NCBI RefSeq assembly: GCF_963921235.1
Contig: NC_086108.1
Span: forward strand, 85,252,001-85,316,000
Length of the DNA stretch: 64,000 nucleotides
Direction: 5' to 3'
Source: Mobula hypostoma
Taxonomy: Eukaryota
A model generated the notes under the pieces. It saw nothing but the letters and a program-made list of their open reading frames with translations. It ran no database searches and was not told where the DNA came from. This document shows, in pieces, positions 1-10,185 of this stretch. Made by a program: the position numbers and the translations under genes. Position 1 is the stretch's first letter. Each line of letters starts with the position of its first letter.

Positions 1-130
1 TCTGTCTGTGTGGAGTTTGCTGTTCTTCCTTTGCCCCCGTGAGCTTTCTTTGGGTGTTCGCATTTCTCTGACATCCTAAAAATATGTGGGTTGCTAAGTT
101 AATTGTTCACTCTACATTGCCTTTCTCTAT
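1..130 (+). mobile_element. V-SINE (HE1-like) central-domain fragment
   Basis: gtgtggagtttgc...cccccgtg...gggtgttcg...catcctaaa...gttaattg resembles the V-domain; related copies at 1760-1900, 14975, 17382, 20990. Confidence 0.65.
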
Positions 131-259
131 AGATGCATGGTAACATCTGGTGAGGGGGTGGTCGGTAAATGGGTTATGGCGGGATGAGACTTGGTAGCCA
201 GAAGGCCTTATTTACAAGCTTTACCTCTCTATTATTTTATGAGAGGTGCTCAGTTTCAA

Positions 260-612
260 TGACTGAGTGAGCTATGTTGGTTGGATTCAGGGCTTTATGC
301 TTTGGTTCTTGGTAGGATCACCCATGCCAAATAGGTCAAAGGGTAGAGGCCAGGCTAAGACTGGTCCACCAGTCCTCTAGGTTCAGGGCTTTATTTTAGG
401 GCTCACTGCTAAAACAAAACTGTTACAGTAACAGCAATGAAGAATCCTTCTACATCTGAGTGTGACGGTATTCCTGAGTCTCCACCCGGAACTTGTATGA
501 CTGACAGTAGTGAAAACCGAGCTACTGACATGATGATGGAAGCATTGAGCACCGCCAGAGATGGAGGACCTTCATTGCTGCCCTAAACGCCGGTGGTGTA
601 ACAGAGAGTAAA
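260..612 (+). mobile_element. Non-autonomous RTE-derived element (RTE-like 5' UTR joined to RTE-like 3' tail)
   Basis: 5' part ggtaggatcacccatgccaaataggtcaaagggtagaggccag; 3' part tggaggaccttcattgctgccctaaacgcc...gtaa; decayed TSD gctcagtttcaa (248-259) / gcacagtctcaa (619-630). Confidence 0.55.
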
Positions 613-685
613 GAGAGAGCACAGTCTCAAGAGACCAAGGACCCAGGATCCAGGATGATTACAAACTGGACTCTGTTACACTGAT

Positions 686-810
686 TTAGCTGAGATGAGG
701 GTGTGTGGAGGGGAAATATTTGAATGGTTGGGAGTGAATGGAAGGGTGGGAGCTCAAGGGGTGAGGAGGGAGAGTCGGTGAAGGAGAAGATGCTGAGAGG
801 GAGTGGAGGT
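686..810 (-). repeat. Purine-rich low-complexity tract, inverted relative to the CT-rich tract at 940-1440
   Basis: Reverse complement cactccctctcagcatcttctcctt matches cactccttctcagcatcttcccctt near 978; cacaccctcatctcagct matches 1398-1415. Confidence 0.6.
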
Positions 811-939
811 TCCTCTTTCTCCTAAGGTTTACCAGGCCCATGAAGAATAAAATCAAACTCCTATATTATTGAATTTCTGGCAGATTAGAATAACAGGAAC
901 ATCTCCTCTCTATTATTCATGCAATCACCTTTGAGATCC

Positions 940-1440
940 CTATTCTTCACATCCCTCTTGGAACCCTTCCCTTCCCTCACTCCTTCTCAGCATCTTCCCC
1001 TTAACTCACATTGCTCCTCAGCTCTGTGCCCTTCACACCTCACCCCCTGGCCACCTTTTTCACCCACCACTCATCACCCTCCTCTTCAGACCCCACTTCT
1101 CAGCTCCCTCACCTCACTTATCACCTTCCCCTCTCCCTCCCCAACTCTTTACTTTACTCACCCTCAGGACCTCTCTTCATCTCCCTTGCTTTTGTATCCC
1201 CTCTCAGCACACACTCTTACCCTCCCCACCTCAGCACCCTCACCTTCACTCCCCACCACCATACATTCTCCTCTTCACTCCCACCCACTCCTCAGCAGCC
1301 TCCCCTTCAACCTCCTTAGCCTCCTCCCCTTCTCTTGACCAATTCTCAGGTTTCTTTCCTTCACTCATTCTCCAATCTCAACAACTCTTCTTCACTGCAC
1401 ACCCCCATCTCAGCTCCCCCCAACCCTTCCCTCAACGCTA
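940..1440 (+). repeat. Degenerate CT-rich satellite; resumes at about 7940-8045
   Basis: Recurring ccttcac/ctcagc motifs and almost no G; same motifs reappear after 7940. Confidence 0.75.
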
Positions 1441-1447
1441 GCAACAT

Positions 1448-1716
1448 AGAAAACCTACAGCACAATACAGGCCCTTCAGCCCACAATGCTGTGCCGAACA
1501 TGTACTTATTTTAGAATTACCTAGGATTATCCATAGCCCTCGATTTTTCTAATCTCCATGTACCTATCCAGGAGCCTCTTGAAAGACCCTATCGTATCTG
1601 CCTCCACCACCATTGCCACGCACTCACCACTCTCCGCGTAAAAAACTCACCCTTGACATCTCCTCTGCACCTACTTCCAAGCACCTTAAAACTGTGCCCT
1701 CTTGTATTAGCCATTT
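1448..1716 (-). mobile_element. CR1 LINE 3' fragment
   Basis: Encodes TRGHSFKVLGSRCRGDVKGEFFTRRVVSAW; same subfamily as 40315-40640 and 53776-57693; cat repeated at both junctions. Confidence 0.9.
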
Positions 1717-2080
1717 CATGGAAGCACAGTGGTGAGCACAATCGCTTTACAGTGCCAGTGATCATCAATTGGGGTTTGATTCCCTCGGCTGTCTGTAAGG
1801 AGTCTGTACGCTCTTCCCATGACTGTGTGAGTTTCCTCCGGATGCTCCAGTTTTCGCCTGCATTCCAAAGACGTACTGTATAGTTAGGGTGATTGAACTG
1901 TGAGCATGGTATATTGACTGTTGGAAGCGTAGCAACACTTGCAGGCTGCCTCCTGCTTAATACTTGGACTGTGTTGGTTGTTGACACCATAGTCCAAATC
2001 ATTGACATACATCGTAAAAAGCAACGGTCCCAACACCAAACCCTGTGGAACTCCACTGGTAACCGGCAGCCAGCCAGAAT

Positions 2081-2146
2081 TTAGTTAAAGTTAAAGTCTG
2101 TCCCGAGCCTTTGTGGCCCATCAGGCCAGTGCTTATGTCGGCTTCT
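2081..2146 (-). mobile_element. 66-bp 3' end of a SINE (possibly Meta-domain type) with 13-bp TSD
   Basis: Perfect TSD agccagccagaat 2068-2080 / 2147-2159; minus strand ends ...ggcctgatgggccac...actttaactttaac. Confidence 0.75.
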
Positions 2147-2544
2147 AGCCAGCCAGAATAGGATCCCTTTATTCCTACTCATTTTTTTCCGCTGATCAGC
2201 CAATGCTCCATCCATGTTAGTAACTCCCCTGTAATTCCATGGGCTCTTGTCTTGCTAAGCAGTCTCACGTGTGGCACCTCGTCAAAGGCCTTCTGAAAAT
2301 CCAGGTACACCATGTCTGCTGCATCTCCTTTGTCTACCCTGTTTGTAATTTCCTTAAAAAATTGCAGTAGGTTAGTCAGGCAGGATTTTCCTTTCAGGAA
2401 ACCATGCTGGCTTTGGCACATCTTGTCATGTGCCTCCAGGTATTCCATAATCTCATCCCTAACAATTGATTCCAACAACTTTCTCACCACTGATGTCAGG
2501 CTAACAGATCTAGAGTTTCCTTTCTGCTGCCTCCCGCCCTTCTT

Positions 2545-2987
2545 AGTCATAGTCATAGTCATAGTCATAATCATAGTCATACTTTATTGATCCCGGGGGA
2601 AATTGGTTTTCGTTACAGTTGCACCATAAATAATAAATAGTAATAGAAATAGTAATAGTAATATTACTATTAGTAAATAGTAAATAGTAATAGTCATAGA
2701 AATAATAAATAGTAATAGAATAGTAATAGAAAATAATAATAGTTAAATAGTAATATGTGAATTTTGCCAGTAAATTATGAAATAAGTCCAGGACCAGCCT
2801 ATCGGCACAGGGTGTCTGACCCTCCAAGGGAGGAGTTGTAAAGTTTGATGGCCACAGGCAGGAATGACTTCCTATGATGCTCTGTGCTGCATCTCGGTGG
2901 AATGAGTCTCTGGCTGAATGTATTCCTGTGCCCACCCAGTACATTATGTAGTGGGTGGGAGACATTGACCAAGATGGCATGCAATTT
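2545..2987 (-). mobile_element. Rex1/Babar LINE 3' fragment with (TATGAC)n tail
   Basis: C-terminus SHPLH...RKSFLPVAIKLYNSS; highly similar to the 3' end at 31757-32070; interrupts CR1 RT. Confidence 0.9.
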
Positions 2988-3719
2988 AAATAGTTGTGTA
3001 ACATTTGCAATTTTCCAGTCATCCGGAACAATGCCAGAATCTATCGATTCTTGGAAGATCATCGTTAATGCCTCCACAGTCTCTCCAGCTACTTCGTTCA
3101 GAACCCAAGGGTGCATTCCATCGGGTCCAGGAGATTTATCTACCCTCAGACCATTAAGCTTCCTGAGCACCTTCTCATTCATAATTTTCACTGCACATAC
3201 TTCACTTCTCTGACACTCTTGAATATCCGGTAAACTGCAGATGTCTTCCACTGTGAAGACTGATGCAAAATACGCGTTCAGTTCCTCTGCCATCTCTGCA
3301 TCTCTGATTACAAAATCTCCAGCATCATTTTCTATTGGCCCTATTTCTACCCTCAACTCTCTTTTACCCTTTATATAATTAAAAAAGCTTTCAGTATCTT
3401 CTATGATATTAGTTGCCAGCTTCCTTTCATAATTCATCTTTACATTCCTAATGACCTTCTTAGTTTTCTTCTGCAAGTTTTCAAAAGCTTTCCAGTCCTC
3501 TGTCTTTCTATTAGCTTTGGCTTCCTTGTATGACTTCTCTTTTGCTTTTACTTTGGCTCTGACTTCACTTGTCAGCCACGGTAGTGTCCTTTTTCTGTTC
3601 TGTTCTTATTTGGAATATATCGGTCTTGGATTTTCCTCATTTTTTGCAGAAACTCCAGCCATTGCTGCTCTGCTGTCCTTCCTGCTGGTGTCCCTTTCCA
3701 TTCAACTTTGGCCAGTTCC

Positions 3720-6106
3720 TGTTATAGTCTGGTCCGTGAAGTTCACGGACCGGTCCATCGACCCTTGCTCCAGGTTTTCCTTCCTACCCTGTTTCTGTCC
3801 TTGTTGAGCTAATTGAGGCAGCTGATGCTCGTTGGGGCTGGCTGCATAAATACCTCCAAAGGTTGGTATGGTTGCTTTATTGTTCTTGTCCCCACTCCTT
3901 GTATCCCTTGCTCTGCCTTCCGTTTCCTCTCCCGTAACCTTCACGTCGTCTTGCTGGAAACCTTTGCTTCGTCTTGCCTGCAGTCTTGTTCTGGAGCCAC
4001 CCTGTTCCTAGCTCCTTTCCTGTCCCTTGCCTCTGCCCAGGTAAGCCAGGCTGTCTTGCCGTTACCTGGGGTTGGTTCTGTCCCTTCCTGTCCCTTGCCT
4101 CTGTCGGGTGGTGATCTGCGACCTGCCCAGGAGGAGTCTGCCAAGCCTCACCTCAAGTCTCCAGCCTCCAGCCTCGCCCTGCCTCAAGTCTCCAGCCTCC
4201 AGCCTCGCCCTGCCTCAAATCTCCAGCCTCCAGCCTCGCTGTGCCTCGTCTCCAGCCTCCAGCCTCGCCCTGCCTCAATCCTCCAGCCTCCAGCCTCGCC
4301 CTGCCTCAAATCTCCAGCCTCCAGCCTCGCCCTGCCTCAAGTCTCCAGCCTCCAGCCTCGCCCTGCCTCAAATCTCCAGCCTCCAGCCTCGCCCTGCCTC
4401 AAGCCTCCAGCCTTGCCCTGCCTCAAGTCTCCATCCTCCAGCCTTGCTCTTCCTCCAGCCTCCAGCCTCGCCCTGCCTCAAGTCTCCAGCCTCCAGCCTC
4501 GCTCTTCCTCCAACCTCCAGCCTTGCCCTGCCTCAAGTCTTCAGCCTCCAGCCTCGCCCTGCCTCAAATCTCCAGCCTCCAGCCTCGCCCTGCCTCAAAT
4601 CTCCAGCCTCCAGCCTCACCCTGCCTCAAGTCTCCAGCCTCCATCCTCGCCCTGCCTCAAGTCTCCAGCCTCCAGCCTCGCCCTGCCTCAAATCTCCAGC
4701 CTCCAGCCTCGCCCTGCCTCAAGTCTCCAGCCTCCAGCCTCGCCCTGCCTCAAATCTCCAGCCTCCAGCCTCGCCCTGCCTCGTCTCCAGCCTCCAGCCT
4801 TGCCCTGCCTCAAGCCTCCAGCCTCGCCCTGTCTCAAGTCTCCAGCCTCCAGCCTCGCCCTGCCTCAAATCTCCAGCCTCCAGCCTCGCCCTGCCTCAAG
4901 CCTCCAGCCTCACCCTGCCTCAAGCCTCCAGCCTCCAGCCTCGCCCTGCCTCAAATCTCCAGCCTCCAGCCTCGCCCTGCCTCAAGCCTCCAGCCTTGCC
5001 CTGCCTCAAGTCTCCAGCCTCCAGCCTCGCCCTGCCTCAAATCTCCAGTCTCCATCCTCGCCCTGCCTCAAATCTCCAGTCTCCAGCCTCGCCCTGCCTC
5101 AAGCCTCCAGCCTCACCCTGCCTCAAGTCTCCAGCCTCGCCCTGCCTCGTCTCCAGCCTCCAGCCTCGCCCTGCCTCGTCTTCATCCTCCAGCCTCGCCC
5201 TGCCTCGCCTCAAGTCTCTAGCCTTGCCCTTCCTCCAGCCTCCAGCCTTGCCCTGCCTCAAGTCTCCAGCCTCCAGCCTCACCCTGCCTCATCTCCATCC
5301 TCCAGCCTCGCCCTGCCTCAAGTCTCCAGCCTCCAGCCTCGCCCTGCCTCAAGCCTCCAGCCTCGCCCTGCCTCGTCTCCAGCCTCCAGCTTTGCCCTGC
5401 CTCAAGTCTCCAGCCTCCAGCCTCGCCCTGCCTCATCTCCAGCCTCCAGCCTCGCCCTGCCTCGCCTCAAGTCTCCAGCCTCGCCCTGCCTCATCTCCAG
5501 CCTCCAGCCTCGCCCTGCCTCGCCTCATCTCCAGCCTCCAGCCTCGCCCTGCCTTGCCTCAAGTCTCCAGCCTCCAGCCTCGCCCTGCCTCACCTCAAGT
5601 CTCCAGCCTCGCCCTGCCTTGCCTCAAGTCTCCAGCCTCGCCCTGCCTCACCTCAAGTCTCCTGCCTCCAGCCTCCAGCTTCTCCTCAAGTCTCCTGCCT
5701 CCAGCCTCCAGCCCTGCCTCGCCTCAAGTCTCCTGCCTCCAGCCTTGCCCTGTCTGGCCTCGTCTCCTGCCTCCAGTCTTGCCCTGCCTCACCTCAAGTC
5801 TCCTGCCTCCAGCCTCCTGCCTCCTGCCTCCTGCCTCCTGCTCAAGTCTTGTCCCGCCTGCCTGCCAAGCCTCCTCCTTGCCTGGTTCTGGGGTCCGAGC
5901 CAGAGGCAAGACCCAGGCACTGGGTCCTTGTCCAGTCTCTGGCTCCGAGTCAAAGCCCGGGCTCCTAGCTCTGTTGTCTGGTCTTGTTCTGGGTTCCCAG
6001 TTCATGTCCATATCCTTGCCATCGCCCTGTATCCTAGTCCTGTCCCTAATACTTCAGTGTCTGTATCTTGCACTTGGGTCCGTTCCCAGCCACCGCCCTT
6101 ATGACA
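3720..6106 (+). mobile_element. Solo LTR (Gypsy-type), 2387 bp, inflated by an internal minisatellite
   Basis: TGTTATA...TATGACA termini; 5-bp TSD gttcc 3715-3719 / 6107-6111; CR1 rejoins cleanly across it; TATA-like gcataaatac near 3844. Confidence 0.85.
4141..5860 (+). repeat. GC-rich modular minisatellite, main unit 31 bp (ctccagc ctccagc ctcgccctgc ctcaagt)
   Basis: Visible tandem array with variant and skipped modules; drifts to ctcctgc at the 3' end. Confidence 0.95.
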
Positions 6107-6590
6107 GTTCCCCTCTCATACCATTGTAATTTCGTTTATTCCACTGAATTACATTGGAATTTAGTTTCTCCTTCTCAAATTTCAAAGTGAACTCGATCAT
6201 ATTGTGATCACTGTTCCCTAAGGGTTCCTTAACCTTATGCTCTCGTATCACCTCCAGATCATTGCAGAACACCCAATCCGGAATAGCCAGTGCCCTAGTG
6301 GGCTCAACAACAAGCTGTTCTAAAAAGCCATCCCTTGGACATTATACAAATTCTCTCTCTTGAGGTCCAGTACTGACCTGGTTTTCCCAATCCACTTTCA
6401 TGTTAAAATCCCCAATGATTATCATGACATTGCCTTTCTGACCTGCCTTTTCTATCTCCTGCTGTAATTTGTAATCCACATCCCGGCTGCTGTTTGGAGG
6501 TCTGCATACAACTGCCATTAGGGTCCTTTTACTTATTTCTTAACTCAACCCATAGATATTCCACATCTTCTGATCCTATCTTATCCCTTT

Positions 6591-6851
6591 CTAATGATTT
6601 ACTGTAATATTATTTCTTATACACAGGGCCACATCACCTACTAACCTATCTTTCTGGTACACCGTATATCCTTGGACATCCAACTCCCAATAGCGGCCAT
6701 CCTTCAGCCAAATTTCAGAGATGGCCACAACGTCATACTTGCCAACCTGTAGCTGAATTTCAAGATTGTCTATTTTATTTCTTATGCTGCGTGCATTCAG
6801 ATACAACACTTTCTGTCCAGTATTTGTTGCTTTCTGTTTTAACTGCACCAT
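6591..6851 (-). pseudogene. CR1 ORF2 N-terminus, APE-type endonuclease fragment
   Basis: KVLYLNARSIRNK...YDVVAISEIWL motif. Confidence 0.85.
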
Positions 6852-7126
6852 GCCTCTGTTGCCCTGTAACTCATCTCACTGGCTGTGATTATGCCTGTCC
6901 TTTATACAATCTCTGCTGCACACTATCTTTGATATATTTCTGTTTTCCCCTTCCTCAGCCCTATCACTCTGGTTCCCATACCCCTGCCAAATTAATTTAA
7001 ATCCTCCCTAACAGTTCTATTCAACTTGCCTGCTAGGATATTGGATCCCTTTGGATTCAGGTGTAACCGTTCATTTTGTACAGGTCATACCCAATGATCC
7101 GGGAATCCAAAGCCCTGTCCCCTACA

Positions 7127-7513
7127 TCAGTCTCTCAGCCACTCATTAATATGCCTGATCATGCCATTCTTGCGATCATTAGCAGATGGCACAGGTAGCA
7201 ATCCTGAGATTACTACCCTGGAGGTCCTGCTTTTCAGCTTCCTACCCAACTCCCTGAACTCTCTCTTCAGGAATTCCTCCCTTTTTCTACCTATGTCATT
7301 GGTACCAACGTGTACCAAGACTTCTGGCTGTTCACCCTCTCCCTTCAGAAAACTCTGCACCCGATCCGAGACATCCCGTACCCTGGCACCTGGGAGGCAA
7401 CATACCATGTGGGTGTATCTATCAGGTTGACAGCACCTCCTGCCTGTTCCGCTCACTATGGAATCCCCTATGACTACTGCATTCTTCATCTTCTTCTCTC
7501 CCTTCTGCACCAT
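7127..7513 (-). pseudogene. CR1 ORF1 SGNH/GDSL esterase domain fragment
   Basis: VIGDSIV, CCLPGARV and VHVGTND blocks. Confidence 0.88.
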
Positions 7514-9577
7514 AGAACCAGGCTCAGTGCCAGAGACCCGATTGCCTGGTCGTCCTCTGTCAGGTCACCCCCCCCGCCCCCCAGAATCCAAAACGAGATA
7601 ACGATTACTGAGAGGGATGGCCACAGAGGTGCTCTCTGCTATCTGAGCTCTTCCCATCCCTTTCCAGACAGTCACCCACTTATATAACTCCTGCAGCCTC
7701 GGAGTGACTAACTCCTTGTAGCTCCTATCTATTTCCTGCTCACTTTCCCGAATAAGCTGAAGGTCTTCAAGCCGCAGCTCCAGGATCCCTAACACGGTCT
7801 CTCAGGAGCTGCATCTCGGTGCAGATGTGGCCATCTGTGAGACGGGAAGGTTCCCAGGATTCCCACATCTGACACCCAGAGCAAGGTACTAAACCTTTGG
7901 AAGCACATGTGCCAAATAAAGTGAATCTTTAAAACGCTATTTACTCTTTCCCTCGCAATTCACATCAGCATCCTTCCTTTCACTCACCATTCAGTCGACG
8001 CCGTCCCCTTCACTCACCATTGACCCCATCACAATCCATCCTCACGCGTAGACTCATTTCAGTTTTCTTCATTTCACTCCAGCTTTCTTCATTTCATTTC
8101 AGCCTCATTCAAGGTTCAGGTTAATTTCACAGATATCAGAACTAGATCAGCCTTTTCAAGGAGAATCCACTCCCTTGGCTTGAATTTCCTTGTCACCCGA
8201 GATTTTAGATTGCATCTTGTCAGATCAGGGATGGAGAGGGGTCAGTAAGTCCCTCTTTCCATTTTAACTGCCTGCATTAAAATCAATGCTCTGCTTCTAT
8301 CATGAAAAGGAGCTTAAAAAAAAACAGCTTACAATATGCCCCTTTGTATACATAGCACACAAACAGAATTTCCATTAATAATATTACAAATGTGCTCCAT
8401 GCTTTAAAACTGAAATTAATTGGTAATTCAATATTTGTGTATGGAATTCATTTTCAGTTATTACAACCAAATTAATTGAATGCAGTGGAAAAAGTAAGAA
8501 CAGATTCAAACCTTAATCTAAAAATTCATTAGCACGTAAAATACTAAAAGAAAATAGCAATTCTGCACCAGAGAATGATGAAATTACAGGTAACCACTCT
8601 GACATTTCATTTGAAACCCTTTATTAGATACGTGTATTCAATCAGGGTTTGACTCTGATTCTCTAGAGGGACATGAGGAGTTCAGCTGGAATTCTGATCA
8701 GATAGAACTATATTGACTGCATAGGGCAAAATCAGGCCATTTGGCTCCACTGGTATACTTAGGTGTTTCTACTCCACACAAGCCTCTTCTCACCTAGCTT
8801 ATCGATGTGCACTTAGTGACCATTTTATTAGGAGTGGAACCAGGTGTGGATTTCTGCTGCTCGAGCCCATTCCCTTCAAGAATCGATGTGTTGTAAGTTC
8901 AGAAATGTTTTTCTGCACAACACTGGTGATTTGAGTTACTGTCACCTTCCTGTCATCTTGAAACAGCCTGACCATTCTCCCCTGACCTCTCTTATTAACA
9001 AGGTATTTTTTACCCATAGAACTGCCACTCAGTGCATGTTTCTTTTTTGCAACATTATCTGTAAACTCCAGAGACTGTCATGCGTGAAAGCGGAGGAGAT
9101 CAGCAGTATACAATATGCTCAAACCACCCCGACAGGCACAACCAATCATAAAATCATAAAACATAGGAGCAGAATTATGCCATTCAGCCCATCAAGTCTG
9201 CTGCGCCACTCCATCATGGCTGATTTATTATCCCTGTTAATGCCATTCTTCTGCCTTCTCCCTTTGACTAAATAACAACCTATCAATCAGTGGTTTAAAT
9301 ATACCCAATGGCTTGTCCTCTACAATTGTCTGTAGCAATAAATTTCACATATTCACTACCCTCTGGCTAAAGAAATTCCTCCTCATATCTGTTGTAAATG
9401 GATGTCCCTATATTTTGAGGCCATGCCCTCTAGCCCTAGATTCCCCCACCGTAGGAAATACTGTTTCCACATCCACTATCTAGTCCTTTCAATTCGATAG
9501 GTTTCAATGAGCTCTCCCCCTCATTTTCCTAATCTCGAGTGAGTGCAGGCCCTGTGCCATTAAATGCTCCAGCTATG

Positions 9578-9950
9578 TTCAAAGTTCAAAGTAAATTTAT
9601 CATCAAAATAAATAAATGTCACCATATACAACCCTAGATTCATACTCAAATTCAATAACCATAATAGAATCAATGAAAGATTGCACCAACTGGGCGTACA
9701 ACTAGTGTGTAAAAGAAAACAACTGTGCAAATATAAAAAAGAAAGAAATAATAATAAGAAGAAGGAGAAATAAGTAAGCAGTAAATATCAAGAACATAAG
9801 ATGAATAGTCCTTGAAAGAATGTCTACAGGTTGTGGGGACACTTCAGTGATGGGGCAAGTGAAGTTATCCCCTTTAGTTCAAGAGCCTGATGGTTGAGGG
9901 GTAATTATTGTCCCTGAACCTGATAGCGTGAGTCCTGCGGTTTCCGTACC
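9578..9950 (-). mobile_element. Rex1/Babar-like LINE 3' fragment with (TTTGAAC)n tail
   Basis: C-terminus RFRDNNYPSTIRLLN; aataaatttactttgaactttgaa tail; similar copy at 12874. Confidence 0.75.
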
Positions 9951-10026
9951 TTAACACTTTCATTCCTGGAATTATCTTGTGAACCTCCTCTGGTACCTCT
10001 TCAAAAACCAGCACATCTTTTCTCAG

Positions 10027-10185
10027 CAAACACGAGGAAATCTGCAGATGCTGGAAATCCAAGCAACACACACAAAAAATGCTGGTGAACACAGCAGGCC
10101 AGGCAGCATCTATAGGAAGAGGTACAGTCGATGTTTTGGGCTGAGACCCTTCGTCAGGTTCACCAGCATTTTTTGTGTGTGTGTT
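10027..10185 (-). mobile_element. Penelope-derived fold-back element with hammerhead ribozyme remnant
   Basis: Minus strand CTGACGA-AGGGTCTCAGCCC-AAAACATC-GACTG; inverted arms 10065-10090 / 10158-10185; TSD acatcttttctcag / acatcttttaccag. Confidence 0.75.

Larger units (their letters stand above)
1991..7890 (-). mobile_element. CR1 LINE, ORF1 to mid-RT, decayed, 3' end missing, three nested insertions
   Basis: ORF1 esterase, APE endonuclease, KSPGPDG linker and QHGF/DFQKAFD RT motifs in correct order on the minus strand. Confidence 0.92.
1441..7932 (+). mobile_element. tRNA-derived V-SINE split by nested insertions (pieces 1441-1447, 1720-1990, 7897-7932)
   Basis: Head reconstructs as gcaacatggaagcacagtggtgagcac; B-box-like ggtttgattcc; V-domain; tail cacatgtgccaaataaagtgaatcttt matches the copy at 17382; 7-bp TSD aacgcta 1434-1440 / 7933-7939. 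Confidence 0.75.

Noticed and set aside
919..1338. 139-aa and 102-aa ORFs
   Set aside because: Products of a CT-rich low-complexity tract.
2799..3476. 225-aa ORF that looks like a novel fusion protein
   Set aside because: Chance in-frame junction between CR1 ORF2 and the inserted Rex1 C-terminus. ORFs at 1589, 51665 and 57220 are similar junction chimeras.
4141..5860. CRISPR-like repeat array
   Set aside because: Pure tandem modules with no unique spacers, no cas genes, and vertebrate context.
3813..6129. 763-aa, 685-aa and 326-aa Pro/Ser/Leu-rich ORFs
   Set aside because: The minisatellite has almost no stop codons on the plus strand, and the 31-bp unit cycles the same peptide through all three frames. 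The starts are non-ATG and the ORFs lie within an LTR.
7127..7513. Host GDSL lipase gene
   Set aside because: It is the esterase domain of CR1 ORF1, directly upstream of ORF2, and is disrupted.
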